64,000 bases of DNA. Source: Roseibacillus sp. GTDB lineage: Bacteria; Verrucomicrobiota; Verrucomicrobiia; Verrucomicrobiales; Akkermansiaceae. The notes beneath the pieces are model-generated. The model was not told the origin of the DNA and did no database searches. It was given only the letters and a program-made list of their open reading frames with translations. The position numbers and the translations under genes were made by a program. The stretch covers positions 608,001-672,000 of the forward strand of contig JBPOGI010000002.1 of assembly GCA_051251855.1 (NCBI GenBank), written 5' to 3'. The first letter of the stretch is position 1. Each line of letters begins with the position of its first letter. Shown here piece by piece: positions 39,042 to 49,155 of this stretch.

Positions 39042-42000
39042 TCACTCCTGTTCGACCTTAATGCGGAGGAATTTTCTGGCCTCATCTTGGGCGGCAGAGA
39101 CGGAAACGGTTTCGACTTCGCCATCATCACTCATGACCACTTCGTTGAGCCCCATTGTTTTCCAGCTGAGGTCGGTCAAGTCAGGGGACCATTCGGCAGC
39201 AATCGTGACTCCATCCAATTTGCGGCGGGTGTAGTCAAAGCTGATCTCATCGTTTTCAGCCGAGAGTGGTCCCACAGGGGAATCAATGTTGAGCGGATTG
39301 GTGCCGAAGAACCACTCCGAGCTATTGCTCTGACCATCGCCATCAGTATCGGTCATCGCACTGGCTTCCGAAGGTTCCAAGCCATTATTCATCAGCCAAG
39401 CAAAAGGAACGCCTTGCGAGGTGGTGTAGCTGAGAAAGAGGTCAGAGACTTCTTGGGCGTCGAGACTCACGTTATAGAGACGCACCTCGTCAATCACTCC
39501 TGAATAGTATTGCTTACCAATCTGACTTCCTAGAACCACGTTGTTAATTTCTCCCATCGCGCGGCTGAAACCGCTCCCGCTGTGCCAGAGAATGCCGTTG
39601 TGATAAATGGCCATCTCACCGCTGAGCACATTCTTGGTAAAGACCCAATGATTCCACTGGTTCAGAAATTGGTCTGAAGTGGCGGCTTTACTGATCCGAT
39701 CATATCCATTTTCAAAGCCTGCATCCCAGTAGACTTTGCTGTCTCCCCAAGGCAAATGGATATTCAAGACTCGGTTGCCGGCTGAGTCAGTGGCATGGAG
39801 CAGAGTATCCGACTGGGGTTGATTGCCATCGCCATAAATCCATATCGAAAAAGTGACTTCGTCCTCGATGGATTGAAACGCTGTCGTTGGCAATGAGACT
39901 GTCGAAGTGCTGCTGTTGAAATCAAGAGCTCCACCGACAATGCCGTCGACCCAAGTGGCATTGGCTTGGGTGCCATCAAAGCCATTCACGGAATCGGAGG
40001 CCGTGCTACCCGCGGTATCGTCCAGAGACCAATGCGCGACGAGAGGCCCTACTGGCTCGGAAATACGAATGCGATCTAAAGAAGGATCGGCGGCATACCA
40101 TAGCAAGTTGGCAGTGCGAAATCGAAGGGTTACTTCGCTGTTGCCAGCATAGGCTGAGAGATTCACTGCCGCCTCGGACCAAGGATCGGAGGAACTCGAA
40201 TGCTGTTGCCCATCTTGAATCCAAACATCGAGGTCCCAGCCGCTGCCATCGTTCACATCCAAAGCCAAGTAATCGATGTAGAGACCATACATGTGATAGT
40301 CAAATGCGAGCTCGATTTCGCTCACTCCGGTAAAGTCAAAGTTGGCTTCGATGGAAGAGAGTTGGTAGGGTTCGGAGGCACCATGGCCTTCGGAATAGAA
40401 GTAGTAGTCTCCCTCCGAGGCTCCTTCAGGTCCAGCCGCCTCAGTGGAAGTTCCACCGGTTTGTCTGGTCCAAGCAAAGTCACTACCAGCCGAGGTGACC
40501 CAACTTCCGGAGCCTTCCTCAAAGTCTTCGCGGTAGGGGAGGCTTTCGACCACTTTTCCAATCGTGAAGTTTCCGCTGTTATCGAAAGTGCTGCCGTTCA
40601 GGGTCACTCGAATACTGTAATCGTTTCCGTCAGTAACGTTGGGCACGGTCCAATCATACCATCGGTCTTCTCCCGAAATCCCAGAGGCAATTGTCGATTG
40701 GAAAATCCCTCCTTTATAGAGCGCAAGGGCGATGGAATCAGTATGGTCTCCGCCATACCAGAAGATGGTGAGGTTACTTCCAGTCGGCGCTAGAAGACCT
40801 GTCTGTGGATCCAAAACTGCGAGGCTTTCCCGCGTTCTTCGGTTCACCATCGTTTGAGTATTGTTGCGAAGATAGGGCCCGTTGCGGGCGCCTAGCTGGG
40901 AGTTGCTGCCATCGAAGCCAGCTCCGAGAACTCCAATAATCCCTTCTTCGACCAACTGTTGATCGTAGGCCGGACTGGAACTGGTATCGGTGGCATCGAA
41001 GCCACTAACTGCCCCGGTGAAAGCCCTGCTATAGGTGATTTCGGGATTGGAAAAATGGAGAATACGACTGCCTGACCATCCACTGTTGTAGGCCATAATA
41101 GTACGAAGTTTGGTGCCGGCTGGGGTCCGAAAACGCCAACCGTAGTTGTCCACGTTGGTGGGATTCGATGACGCGTTGCCCGAATCACCCCAGGCATGGC
41201 GGAGTCCGAGATTGTGGCCCACTTCGTGAGAAAAGGTCAGTGCCGATGAATTGAGAGCAGTGCGTGCCGTCACATTGTAAGCTCCTGGTCTGGTTGCAAC
41301 CCCGGCCGCCCCACTGATGGCAGCATTGCAGATAAAGGTGGCTTGGTCTGCTCCCAACTCTTCCTTCAAGTCGGCGATGGAATCCAGAATCCCGTCTGTT
41401 GTTTGCCGGAGGTCGGTCAACATCGCGCCCATAGTCTCGTAGTCAGAGTCGGAAAAATTAGGATTCGAATCCTCCGCTGTCGCCAAGAGTGAGCAGAACC
41501 AATCTCCAGCCGCACTGTTAGTGAAAGCGAGATTGAGCCGGTCGACCGCTTCGATGATCTTTGCCTCCATGGCGGCGGTTCCTCCGCTGCTTTGTCGAGC
41601 TTGCGCACTGTAACCGACTACGATGTCGAAGGGAGTGGTGCCCGCCGGAGCGGCCAAAATTTCACCCTCGGCATTTTCATCCTCTGGCTCATCAACTAAG
41701 ATATCATCCGCGAGTTCGGCCATGAAATGCTCGGGGTTCTGACAGTTGAGGCAGCTATCCTGAACCTTGCTCGGGTCCAGCTGACGAATGGCGATGTTCC
41801 CATTTCCAGCCATTCCCACTTGGTAGTGAGTATTGGTCTCGTGAAAGGCAAGGGACCCGCTCAAGGCGCCATCATGAAAGACCACCAAGACATCGCTCAG
41901 ACTTTCATCGGCAACTTTACCTATCAGGGTGATGGTGTTTTTTCCTCGAGTCACCACTTGGTCGACGATGATTTCAACCTCTCGGTCGATCGAGAGGGGA

Positions 42001-42464
42001 ATGGCAATCGTTTCGGCTTTGGAATCTAAAAAATTGCTGAGAGCTTCTTGGTCGAAACTTACTTCGATGGCAGCTAAGGTTTGTTCGTCAAAGGTCAGTG
42101 GCCCCCATTGGTCACTCGACAGCCTCGCGAAGACGACTTCCTGCGAAACCTTTTCCGCATTAGTATCCCGCTTTTGTGCAACTGCTTCTTCTAAAAGGAG
42201 CCTTCGGTTGCTCCCGCGTCGCATCTGGCTGACGGGCTCGATGATAACGAAGTCCTTGTCACTCGAATGGCTAGCGCGAGAAGGGGAAGTAGGCTCTGAT
42301 TGGCTGGTAGTTTTTTGAGTTTGGTTGGACTTCGCACCCACACTTCGGTTGTATTCCTTTGCCTTTTCTCCCAGCTTTCGCTCCGAATTGAGCAGAACGA
42401 GAAACCCAACAAGTAAGAGGGAGAGACTTGCAAAGAGGGTGATCTTGTTTCGATGAGGGCTCAT
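39042..42464 (-). CDS. Secreted reprolysin-like (M12B) zinc metallopeptidase with Ig-like, MAM and LamG domains
   Basis: HEVGHNLGLRH plus Met-turn TIMAY; MAM (FDYHMYG); LamG (GVIDEVRLYN); DTDGDG C-terminal module. Confidence 0.88.
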   Translation of the reverse strand: MSPHRNKITLFASLSLLLVGFLVLLNSERKLGEKAKEYNRSVGAKSNQTQKTTSQSEPTSPSRASHSSDKDFVIIEPVSQMRRGSNRRLLLEEAVAQKRDTNAEKVSQEVVFARLSSDQWGPLTFDEQTLAAIEVSFDQEALSNFLDSKAETIAIPLSIDREVEIIVDQVVTRGKNTITLIGKVADESLSDVLVVFHDGALSGSLAFHETNTHYQVGMAGNGNIAIRQLDPSKVQDSCLNCQNPEHFMAELADDILVDEPEDENAEGEILAAPAGTTPFDIVVGYSAQARQSSGGTAAMEAKIIEAVDRLNLAFTNSAAGDWFCSLLATAEDSNPNFSDSDYETMGAMLTDLRQTTDGILDSIADLKEELGADQATFICNAAISGAAGVATRPGAYNVTARTALNSSALTFSHEVGHNLGLRHAWGDSGNASSNPTNVDNYGWRFRTPAGTKLRTIMAYNSGWSGSRILHFSNPEITYSRAFTGAVSGFDATDTSSSPAYDQQLVEEGIIGVLGAGFDGSNSQLGARNGPYLRNNTQTMVNRRTRESLAVLDPQTGLLAPTGSNLTIFWYGGDHTDSIALALYKGGIFQSTIASGISGEDRWYDWTVPNVTDGNDYSIRVTLNGSTFDNSGNFTIGKVVESLPYREDFEEGSGSWVTSAGSDFAWTRQTGGTSTEAAGPEGASEGDYYFYSEGHGASEPYQLSSIEANFDFTGVSEIELAFDYHMYGLYIDYLALDVNDGSGWDLDVWIQDGQQHSSSSDPWSEAAVNLSAYAGNSEVTLRFRTANLLWYAADPSLDRIRISEPVGPLVAHWSLDDTAGSTASDSVNGFDGTQANATWVDGIVGGALDFNSSTSTVSLPTTAFQSIEDEVTFSIWIYGDGNQPQSDTLLHATDSAGNRVLNIHLPWGDSKVYWDAGFENGYDRISKAATSDQFLNQWNHWVFTKNVLSGEMAIYHNGILWHSGSGFSRAMGEINNVVLGSQIGKQYYSGVIDEVRLYNVSLDAQEVSDLFLSYTTSQGVPFAWLMNNGLEPSEASAMTDTDGDGQSNSSEWFFGTNPLNIDSPVGPLSAENDEISFDYTRRKLDGVTIAAEWSPDLTDLSWKTMGLNEVVMSDDGEVETVSVSAAQDEARKFLRIKVEQE

Positions 42465-42638
42465 AGTTTCTTTAAAAAGGGCGCGTAACGCACCTGATTT
42501 CAAAGGATAAGGCCAAACGGGGTAGAAACAAGCGATGAAAAAGGACCGTCGGGCTTGGACGACGTTAGGAAAAAGTGGGGATCCGAAGACGCTCAGGCAC
42601 GCTGATTGTCCGGATCGATCTTGTCTCTAGCAAGCGTA

Positions 42639-43037
42639 CTACTGCAACTCGTCTTCCACAAATTCCAGCACCACGTCGACAAGTTCTTCCATTCCAGGGG
42701 GGAGTTCTTCTTCGATGGTGGAAAGGTAGTCTGCTTCGGTCTCGCTGTAGTCCCCGCGTTCTTGGCTCCGCGTTCCACACCAGCGGCTGGCGTTGAGAGG
42801 ATCGACTAGGGAGGCTGCGCCAACGAGGTCGAAGGACTTGATGATGCGCTGGTGGTCGAGATCGGTCTGCCAGAATTCATGCAAGCAGTCTTCGCTTTCA
42901 AGAATGGGGACAGTCTCATATACATCCACGAGGGCGCGTTCCTCACGGTTCAAGGGCCGGTCAGCGGATTCGCTTTCGAGACGATCGATGAGAAGTTCAA
43001 TCTCGTCCGGCCATTCAATTGTTTCCAAAAACTGCAT
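42639..43037 (-). CDS. Acidic hypothetical protein (DUF4375/DMP19-like)
   Basis: 132 aa, strongly acidic and helical, 'DCLHEFW' reminiscent of the DMP19 GG..Q.F motif; family call tentative. Confidence 0.6.
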   Translation of the reverse strand: MQFLETIEWPDEIELLIDRLESESADRPLNREERALVDVYETVPILESEDCLHEFWQTDLDHQRIIKSFDLVGAASLVDPLNASRWCGTRSQERGDYSETEADYLSTIEEELPPGMEELVDVVLEFVEDELQ

Positions 43038-43238
43038 CGCGGTTAGATTTAGAACAGAGGGGGATTCTTGCCAAGAGTTTCTGATCTTTCTTGAGCAAGT
43101 AAAGTGACAAGCGAGAGTGGGCGAGTGGGCCCTACGCTTGGGGCGGAGATGTCCAACGTTCCCCGTCCCTCAATAGCAATCTGGCGCGCTCCAGCCTATA
43201 TCAGCCGAGGCGGCCTAGAGGCTTCCCTCTCAGCGTGG

Positions 43239-46200
43239 CTACTCAACTGCGTGAATTCTTACGCGAAAGAACTCTTTCTCGTTAAAACCGCGTAAGGGAA
43301 TCATGCGGGATTGCTCGGTTTCGGTCAAAATGTCTGCATCTCCAAGAACAATGCCATCGTCATGCAATCGCGCCGTAGTTAGCCAATCGACCAGATCATT
43401 TGTTGTCTCTAAGCTTATCGCTATGTCTGCTGGAATTCGGTTGGGAAGATCGAAGCCAAAGAAATCTCCTTCCGGCTGGGCTGTAAGACTAAAATTATGC
43501 CAGCCAGGATTTAGGAAATGGAGGTAGTCGACTTCGGAAATTTGGCCATCTCCATCGAAGTCGTAGTCGACTCCAAGGTCCTCCGCAGTGGTCAGCCACT
43601 GCGCATAGAGAGGCTGCTCTGGGAGTTGGTAAACTTCAAGGCGTGTTCGCCGTTCGCCATTTTCGGAACCCGGAATGGAAACCCAAGCTTCATTGTTATC
43701 TAGAACGGAGTGAAAGCCGAATTCTTCTCCGTCCCGAGTCTGGCTAGGCCCATTAAGGACTCCCACGAGATGACCTTCTCCATCTAAGACTTCAATCAGG
43801 CCTGCGCTTTCTCTTTCGCGGGTGTTTGCATAGGCTGCAGTAACTAGAAAAAGGTCGCCGTCCGCTGTCAGTTGCGCTCCATATTCGACGATAGTTGCAT
43901 CGCCATAGCTTTCGGGTGCGCTTCGAGACCAGAGATAAGATCCCGATTGTCGGTCAAAACAATACACCGTATCCAAGTCATCAGACACTAGTAGACGTTG
44001 CGTCCCCAAGGCAACTGCACTTCCGAAATTCGCTTCCGGGGCGGGATTCGGAGACGTCAGCGACAGAACAAAATCGTGTGTATCAGAATCGAGAAGAAAA
44101 GTGCTTCCCGCGTTGGTCCCTGCGGCATCATGCCCAGGAGATCCGACCAGAACGTCCTGAGCATCCGCTTGCACAGCATCGCCAAAATAATTGCCAGCAG
44201 TATCTCCTGGCGCGCGAATCGTCGGTGATACAGTGCCAGTGGCAGGGTCAACAAAGATGAGGTAGCCCTTTGCCGTTCCGGTGACATTACCTGGATTCGA
44301 CACCACTAATTGTTCGCCGGAGAACACCACTTCACCTCCAAAGAGGGTGTCGCTGGCTCCTTGGCTTAAGGTCCTTATCACCTGATTATCACTCACCCGA
44401 TAAATAGTTACCGTTCCTTGACTGAAATTGCTAAAAGGATTGCCAGGTTGAGAAACAGCAAAGAACTCTTCATTGGCCGCAATCCCTGAGCCAAAGAGAC
44501 TTCCTAGAATAGGCTGACTCGAAGCCAAGGTATCAAGTAAATTGCCAGTCTCTCGATCATAGACGTAAGCCTTCCCATTCGAATTTGAGCCGGCGTCAAC
44601 AGGCTGTCCGACATAGACTCGGGAGCTATTGAGATCGAAATCGAAGCCGAACAAGTCTTGATAGGAGAGGTTAGGGCCAAGCAACTCCTCGCTCTCGGGA
44701 AAGGAGTCATCATCGCGAATCGTTACGGACGTCGTCCCGAGTTCAGTAAAATCATCGCTCACGGTGAGAACTGCAAACTCCTCACCTTCATCGACTGAAT
44801 CGTCGAGTAAAGGAAGAGGAATGAGGTGGCTGGTTCGCCCCGCTCCAAGCGTTACTGGTAGTGGTAATCCAAAGTCGGAGCCGAGAGTCACATTACCTGG
44901 TGCAAGCGCCACAGTAACGTCCCAATCCTCAGCAAAGGGCTCATTCGACAAGCCCACAACACTTGGAAAGGCCTGCCCTTCCTGAATTTCGGAGTTGAGT
45001 AGGGTCAAGCTAGGCTTGGGGCTGCGCGAGTAGACATGAATCGTATCCTCGAAACCGGCGATGAAAAAGTAGGTTGCATTTGCGGACACTGTGCGGCCAA
45101 ATCGTTCTCTAGGCAGCTGTGAGTTCCGGGGTACTCCTTCGCTCAAGGTCTGCAACAAGGCTCCTGTTGAAGTGCTGTAGACGTTGAGATGGTTCTCCTG
45201 AGAGGAGGTGTTGTAAGGGGACGAATAGCCATAAAATAGCAACTCTCCGTGAAGGTGTAAAAAGCCATTGAAGCCGTAGTCTGTTCCGACAGGTGGTTGA
45301 ATTGTCTGCTCAATCTCTCCGCTGGCGATATTGAATCCCATTAAGGCCTCGTCGGGGCCTCCGCTGACCCATGCGACCCCGTTTCCAACGGCTCCGCCTT
45401 CCGCAAAGTCGCTTGCTTCATTCGGCTCGGGAGCGGAAATGACCTTGGCGGCACCTCCTGTTGAAAAATCATAAATCACGCGGTCTGGGATGGTGAGGGT
45501 GGAGCCACTATAGTTGCTCAAGCCAAAGCCAAAGTGCCCATCCGAAGCAAAAGTCAGAGGCATCCTTGATGCCACTCCCGGTAAGAAAACAGGAGTCAAG
45601 TTCTCAAGGTGGTAAGCCTGAAATCCAGCAGCCATGTGAGGAGTCGCGACGAGGAGATAAGGAGGGGCTACATCGACGTAGCGGCCAAACTCAGAAGTCG
45701 ACGATGCCGCGCTATCTGGGTTGTAGAATGTGGTTAGGAGTGTCTGAGAGGGGATGTCATAAATAAGAACCTGCTTCTTGGGGACGGGTTGAGTCCAATG
45801 GGAGCTTTTAGGAAGTCCAATAGGAACGATCAGCTTGTTGCCGTAGGTTTCAACCGGATAGCTAGTGAACCAGGGTTCCATTAGAATGGGTGCGGTAAAT
45901 TCCCAAACCACCTCGTTCGTTTGAATATCAAATACAGAAATATTGAAATTTCCTGAAGTAGCTTCCCCGAGTGGTTCCCCAATCGAGGCCGTTGCGGAAT
46001 AGCGGCTTCCTTCTGCTGCAGCGTAGTCGTTTCGAAAGGTGGGGGGAACATCTCTTCGTTCGAACTGTCCCACCTTGTTAAGAGAGCTTCCCATGATGGT
46101 GATGGGAAGCGTTGTGGATTCAACAACTGCACCAGTGAGTGAGGTCATCTCAAGCTCGAAGTCCTCCGTTTTCTCTAGCTGCAGATCTTGAAGGAGAGTG

Positions 46201-47468
46201 ATGTTGAATTCGGCCTCCTGCTGCCCAATGGGGATCGTGAGCGTGGTCGTTACTCCTTGGAAATCCGAGCCGGCTACTGCCGAGCCATCTCGCGTTCGGA
46301 AAGCAATCGCAACGGGGTTTTCGGCTGGGTCCTTCAAAAGAAAACGAATCGTTACCAATCTTTCACGTTCTGAACTGGTGGTCGCAGACCATGTGAGTAA
46401 AGGCTCATCCGGCTGGCTATCGAAGATGGAAACTGAGCCAGCAGTGCTGGGTCCATACGAAGGGCGGTAGACCAAGTTTCCTACGACGACAAATCGAGGG
46501 CCACAATCGAAAGAAAGGGAATAGTTGTATAAGGACGGGAGGGATACGTGATGGAGAACCTGATAGGTGAGAGGATCACAGAAATCGAGTCGGCCTGACC
46601 CTATGGCGACGATGTAGTTGTCCGTCGCTGAAATCGTACCGTAGTGGCGGGCATTCTCGACAGTGGGGAGATGGCTGTCACCTGTGAGGAGATCGACGAC
46701 GTAGAAATGGCCCACCCAACTGGATCCATCCGCAATCAAACATTTATCGCCGTAAATTCCAGGAACCCTTTGGGCAGAATACGGGCTTGGGTTGGTGAAA
46801 GATCGTCGATTTTCCCAATCCCCGATATCGAACACGTCCAGACCGGTATTCGAAACAACGAGGTAATCATCACTGGCTACCATGATTTCTCCAAACTGAT
46901 CCCTAAAGCTGGGTTCACTAGCGGTGAGGGTTGTCACGATGTCTCCTGTCTCCCAGTCAATCACCAGAATTTCTCCTGCCGAAGATTGATGGGGACTGAT
47001 AAAGAGATAGCTTTCATTGGAAGTGACTGTGACCTCTCGATAGGGACTGGCGGCAATCGTCTTGGACCACAGGAGGATTCCATCCTCTGCTCGGTGACAC
47101 CGGATTTGCTCACTTCCTCCCTCGCGATGGACCGTGACCAGTTTGCTTTCATTTGTAGTGATGGCGAGCAAGGGGTCTGCGAAGGCGTTGACGTTCTCCG
47201 TAGTTGGATAGCTCCAAGAGGTGCGAAGAGATCCGTCTGATTCGAGAATTTGGAAGACGATTTCTCTCGTGCCAGTATCTTTTACAAGGAAACCCCCAGC
47301 TACTAACCAGTCACTACTGGTAGCCACAGTCTCGCCAAAAAAGCGGGACTCGGCAGTCGGTTCTAGGGTCGCAAAACCGCTCAGTCTCGTGGTTTCCTCT
47401 GCCTCCAGTAGCCCAACGTGAAGACTTAGACACCAAGTCATCATAACGATAAGGTCTAACTTCTTCAT
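43239..47468 (-). CDS. Large secreted protein with beta-propeller (FG-GAP/PQQ-like) repeats and Calx-beta domains
   Basis: TRDGSAVAGSDF...LEKTEDF and DDSVDEGEEF (Calx-beta); FG..V repeats; DFDGDG and FFRVR C-terminus. Confidence 0.85.
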   Translation of the reverse strand: MKKLDLIVMMTWCLSLHVGLLEAEETTRLSGFATLEPTAESRFFGETVATSSDWLVAGGFLVKDTGTREIVFQILESDGSLRTSWSYPTTENVNAFADPLLAITTNESKLVTVHREGGSEQIRCHRAEDGILLWSKTIAASPYREVTVTSNESYLFISPHQSSAGEILVIDWETGDIVTTLTASEPSFRDQFGEIMVASDDYLVVSNTGLDVFDIGDWENRRSFTNPSPYSAQRVPGIYGDKCLIADGSSWVGHFYVVDLLTGDSHLPTVENARHYGTISATDNYIVAIGSGRLDFCDPLTYQVLHHVSLPSLYNYSLSFDCGPRFVVVGNLVYRPSYGPSTAGSVSIFDSQPDEPLLTWSATTSSERERLVTIRFLLKDPAENPVAIAFRTRDGSAVAGSDFQGVTTTLTIPIGQQEAEFNITLLQDLQLEKTEDFELEMTSLTGAVVESTTLPITIMGSSLNKVGQFERRDVPPTFRNDYAAAEGSRYSATASIGEPLGEATSGNFNISVFDIQTNEVVWEFTAPILMEPWFTSYPVETYGNKLIVPIGLPKSSHWTQPVPKKQVLIYDIPSQTLLTTFYNPDSAASSTSEFGRYVDVAPPYLLVATPHMAAGFQAYHLENLTPVFLPGVASRMPLTFASDGHFGFGLSNYSGSTLTIPDRVIYDFSTGGAAKVISAPEPNEASDFAEGGAVGNGVAWVSGGPDEALMGFNIASGEIEQTIQPPVGTDYGFNGFLHLHGELLFYGYSSPYNTSSQENHLNVYSTSTGALLQTLSEGVPRNSQLPRERFGRTVSANATYFFIAGFEDTIHVYSRSPKPSLTLLNSEIQEGQAFPSVVGLSNEPFAEDWDVTVALAPGNVTLGSDFGLPLPVTLGAGRTSHLIPLPLLDDSVDEGEEFAVLTVSDDFTELGTTSVTIRDDDSFPESEELLGPNLSYQDLFGFDFDLNSSRVYVGQPVDAGSNSNGKAYVYDRETGNLLDTLASSQPILGSLFGSGIAANEEFFAVSQPGNPFSNFSQGTVTIYRVSDNQVIRTLSQGASDTLFGGEVVFSGEQLVVSNPGNVTGTAKGYLIFVDPATGTVSPTIRAPGDTAGNYFGDAVQADAQDVLVGSPGHDAAGTNAGSTFLLDSDTHDFVLSLTSPNPAPEANFGSAVALGTQRLLVSDDLDTVYCFDRQSGSYLWSRSAPESYGDATIVEYGAQLTADGDLFLVTAAYANTRERESAGLIEVLDGEGHLVGVLNGPSQTRDGEEFGFHSVLDNNEAWVSIPGSENGERRTRLEVYQLPEQPLYAQWLTTAEDLGVDYDFDGDGQISEVDYLHFLNPGWHNFSLTAQPEGDFFGFDLPNRIPADIAISLETTNDLVDWLTTARLHDDGIVLGDADILTETEQSRMIPLRGFNEKEFFRVRIHAVE

Positions 47469-47639
47469 ACTTGAAAACTAGCGGGGAGAATGAGGGCAGG
47501 CAACCTACAAAGAGAGAGTTTTCTAGCTACAAAAAGTAAACAATTACTCGCCTTGAGTGAGGCCCGAAAGAGAATCCCTTGGCGAGAGCCGTGACATTGA
47601 GTCACGGATGCGAGGTGGAATTTGGAATGGGATTACGGC

Positions 47640-49079
47640 TTACTCTCGCGGGAGAGATTTTCCACTCAGACGACTGCTTCCCGTTGCGGCTGCATCTTTC
47701 GATTGCAGAAAGGCGTCGATGGCATGGCCGTGGCCGGAGGCGTGGGCGGCTTGGATAGCTTCTTGGTTGATGCTGTTAGAGCGGCGGTCCCAACTTTGTC
47801 TGAGGAGTCGGTTGAGGGACTCTTCTTGCGTGGAGGCGTCAGTGATATCCGAATTCCAGCGGAAGGCGGCTTCCCATTCGTCGTTTTGAGCGGAGCGGGT
47901 AGCAAGGAGGGATTCGGAGTAGTCGCGGTCTGGGTTGTTAGGTTGCTGAAGAAGCCAAGTGGCGGCGCCTTCGAGGTCGCGCACCATCCATCGGTTGGTG
48001 ATTCGCTGGAGTCGTTCGGCTTCGGAGGTGTCTGGGCTGAGTTCTTGGGCTTGATACCAGGCGGCACCTTCGGAGGGGTTTTCTTGAAGGAGGGAATTGG
48101 CGATGCTGGCATACATGTGATCTCGATTCAGCGAGAGCGGTTGGGTGGTCGCCCAACTTTCGGCAGCATCGGTGTCTACTTGAGTAAGTTTCGCTATCAG
48201 CTCGATTTGAGCATGCCCGAAGTCCTTGAAGGTGTCGTCGTTGAGGAGAGAGAGGATTTGGTCTTTAGAATTGGCTCCTTCGATGAGTTGTTCGGAGAGC
48301 TCCATTTGCATGTGTTCGCGGATTTCGTCGCTTTGTAAACTCGCGATGCTTTCTTTGACGGCATCGGGATCGAGGGCGGTCATTCCTCGGAGGTAGGCGC
48401 TGATGATATCGGTTTCTTCGAGGAGGGACGCTGCCCCCTTGAGGTCCTCTTCTTCGCCGCCAGCAAGTATGACCTTATCCACTTCGAGCATGGCTCCTTG
48501 GAACCAACGTCTTGCTCCTTCGGGATCGGCGGCGACCCACGCGTTCATCCCGAGTATGGCGACGTCGTCGATATCTTCTCCCAACTCACCTGAGTGAAGC
48601 ATACGCATCGCTTCGGGGCCGTTGAGTTCGCAAAGCCGAGAGAAGACGATGATCGAGATGGATTCAGCAACTTCTTGCATCGCTCCGTCTTCTTCATCGA
48701 AGGGGCCTTGGAGTTCCTTGAGAAGGGCGGTGACTTCGAATTCGCCCATGTTGGTAAGTTGAGCGGCATAGCGTGCGAGCGCCATGGGGTTGATTTCTTC
48801 TTCGTCTTGGAGGTTTTTGAAGGTGGAAATAAGGTTCTCGACGGTGAGTTCCTGATAGAGTGAGGAGTTACGAGGGTTTCCCTGCGAACGGGTGGAGGAG
48901 CGATTGTTTGCTGAGAGTCCGCTCCGAGATGAGGAGTGGGTGCTTTTGGATGCCTGTCGGGAGAGGGCTGCCGTGATTTGTTCTGGGGTGAGGTCTTTTT
49001 CGCGAGGGCTCCAAAGGGTGCCGAGGGCGAGGCCAAAGAGGAGAGCTCCAACAGGGATGACCTTTTGACCGATATTCAT
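47640..49079 (-). CDS. Membrane-anchored helical-repeat hypothetical protein
   Basis: N-terminal TM segment, Ser/Arg linker, repeated (D/N)P..A..W helical motifs. Confidence 0.75.
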   Translation of the reverse strand: MNIGQKVIPVGALLFGLALGTLWSPREKDLTPEQITAALSRQASKSTHSSSRSGLSANNRSSTRSQGNPRNSSLYQELTVENLISTFKNLQDEEEINPMALARYAAQLTNMGEFEVTALLKELQGPFDEEDGAMQEVAESISIIVFSRLCELNGPEAMRMLHSGELGEDIDDVAILGMNAWVAADPEGARRWFQGAMLEVDKVILAGGEEEDLKGAASLLEETDIISAYLRGMTALDPDAVKESIASLQSDEIREHMQMELSEQLIEGANSKDQILSLLNDDTFKDFGHAQIELIAKLTQVDTDAAESWATTQPLSLNRDHMYASIANSLLQENPSEGAAWYQAQELSPDTSEAERLQRITNRWMVRDLEGAATWLLQQPNNPDRDYSESLLATRSAQNDEWEAAFRWNSDITDASTQEESLNRLLRQSWDRRSNSINQEAIQAAHASGHGHAIDAFLQSKDAAATGSSRLSGKSLPRE

Positions 49080-49155
49080 TGCTGCATTTGAGCAGAAGAG
49101 GGGTGCCGGTTCAAGTCGGGGAAAAGGAGGAGCGAGATTCTTGTCGCTCCTCCTT

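Noticed and set aside
42465..42510. Fourth copy of the ECF promoter before the metalloprotease gene
   Set aside because: TGAAATC is present but there is no CGARAGA at 15-nt spacing
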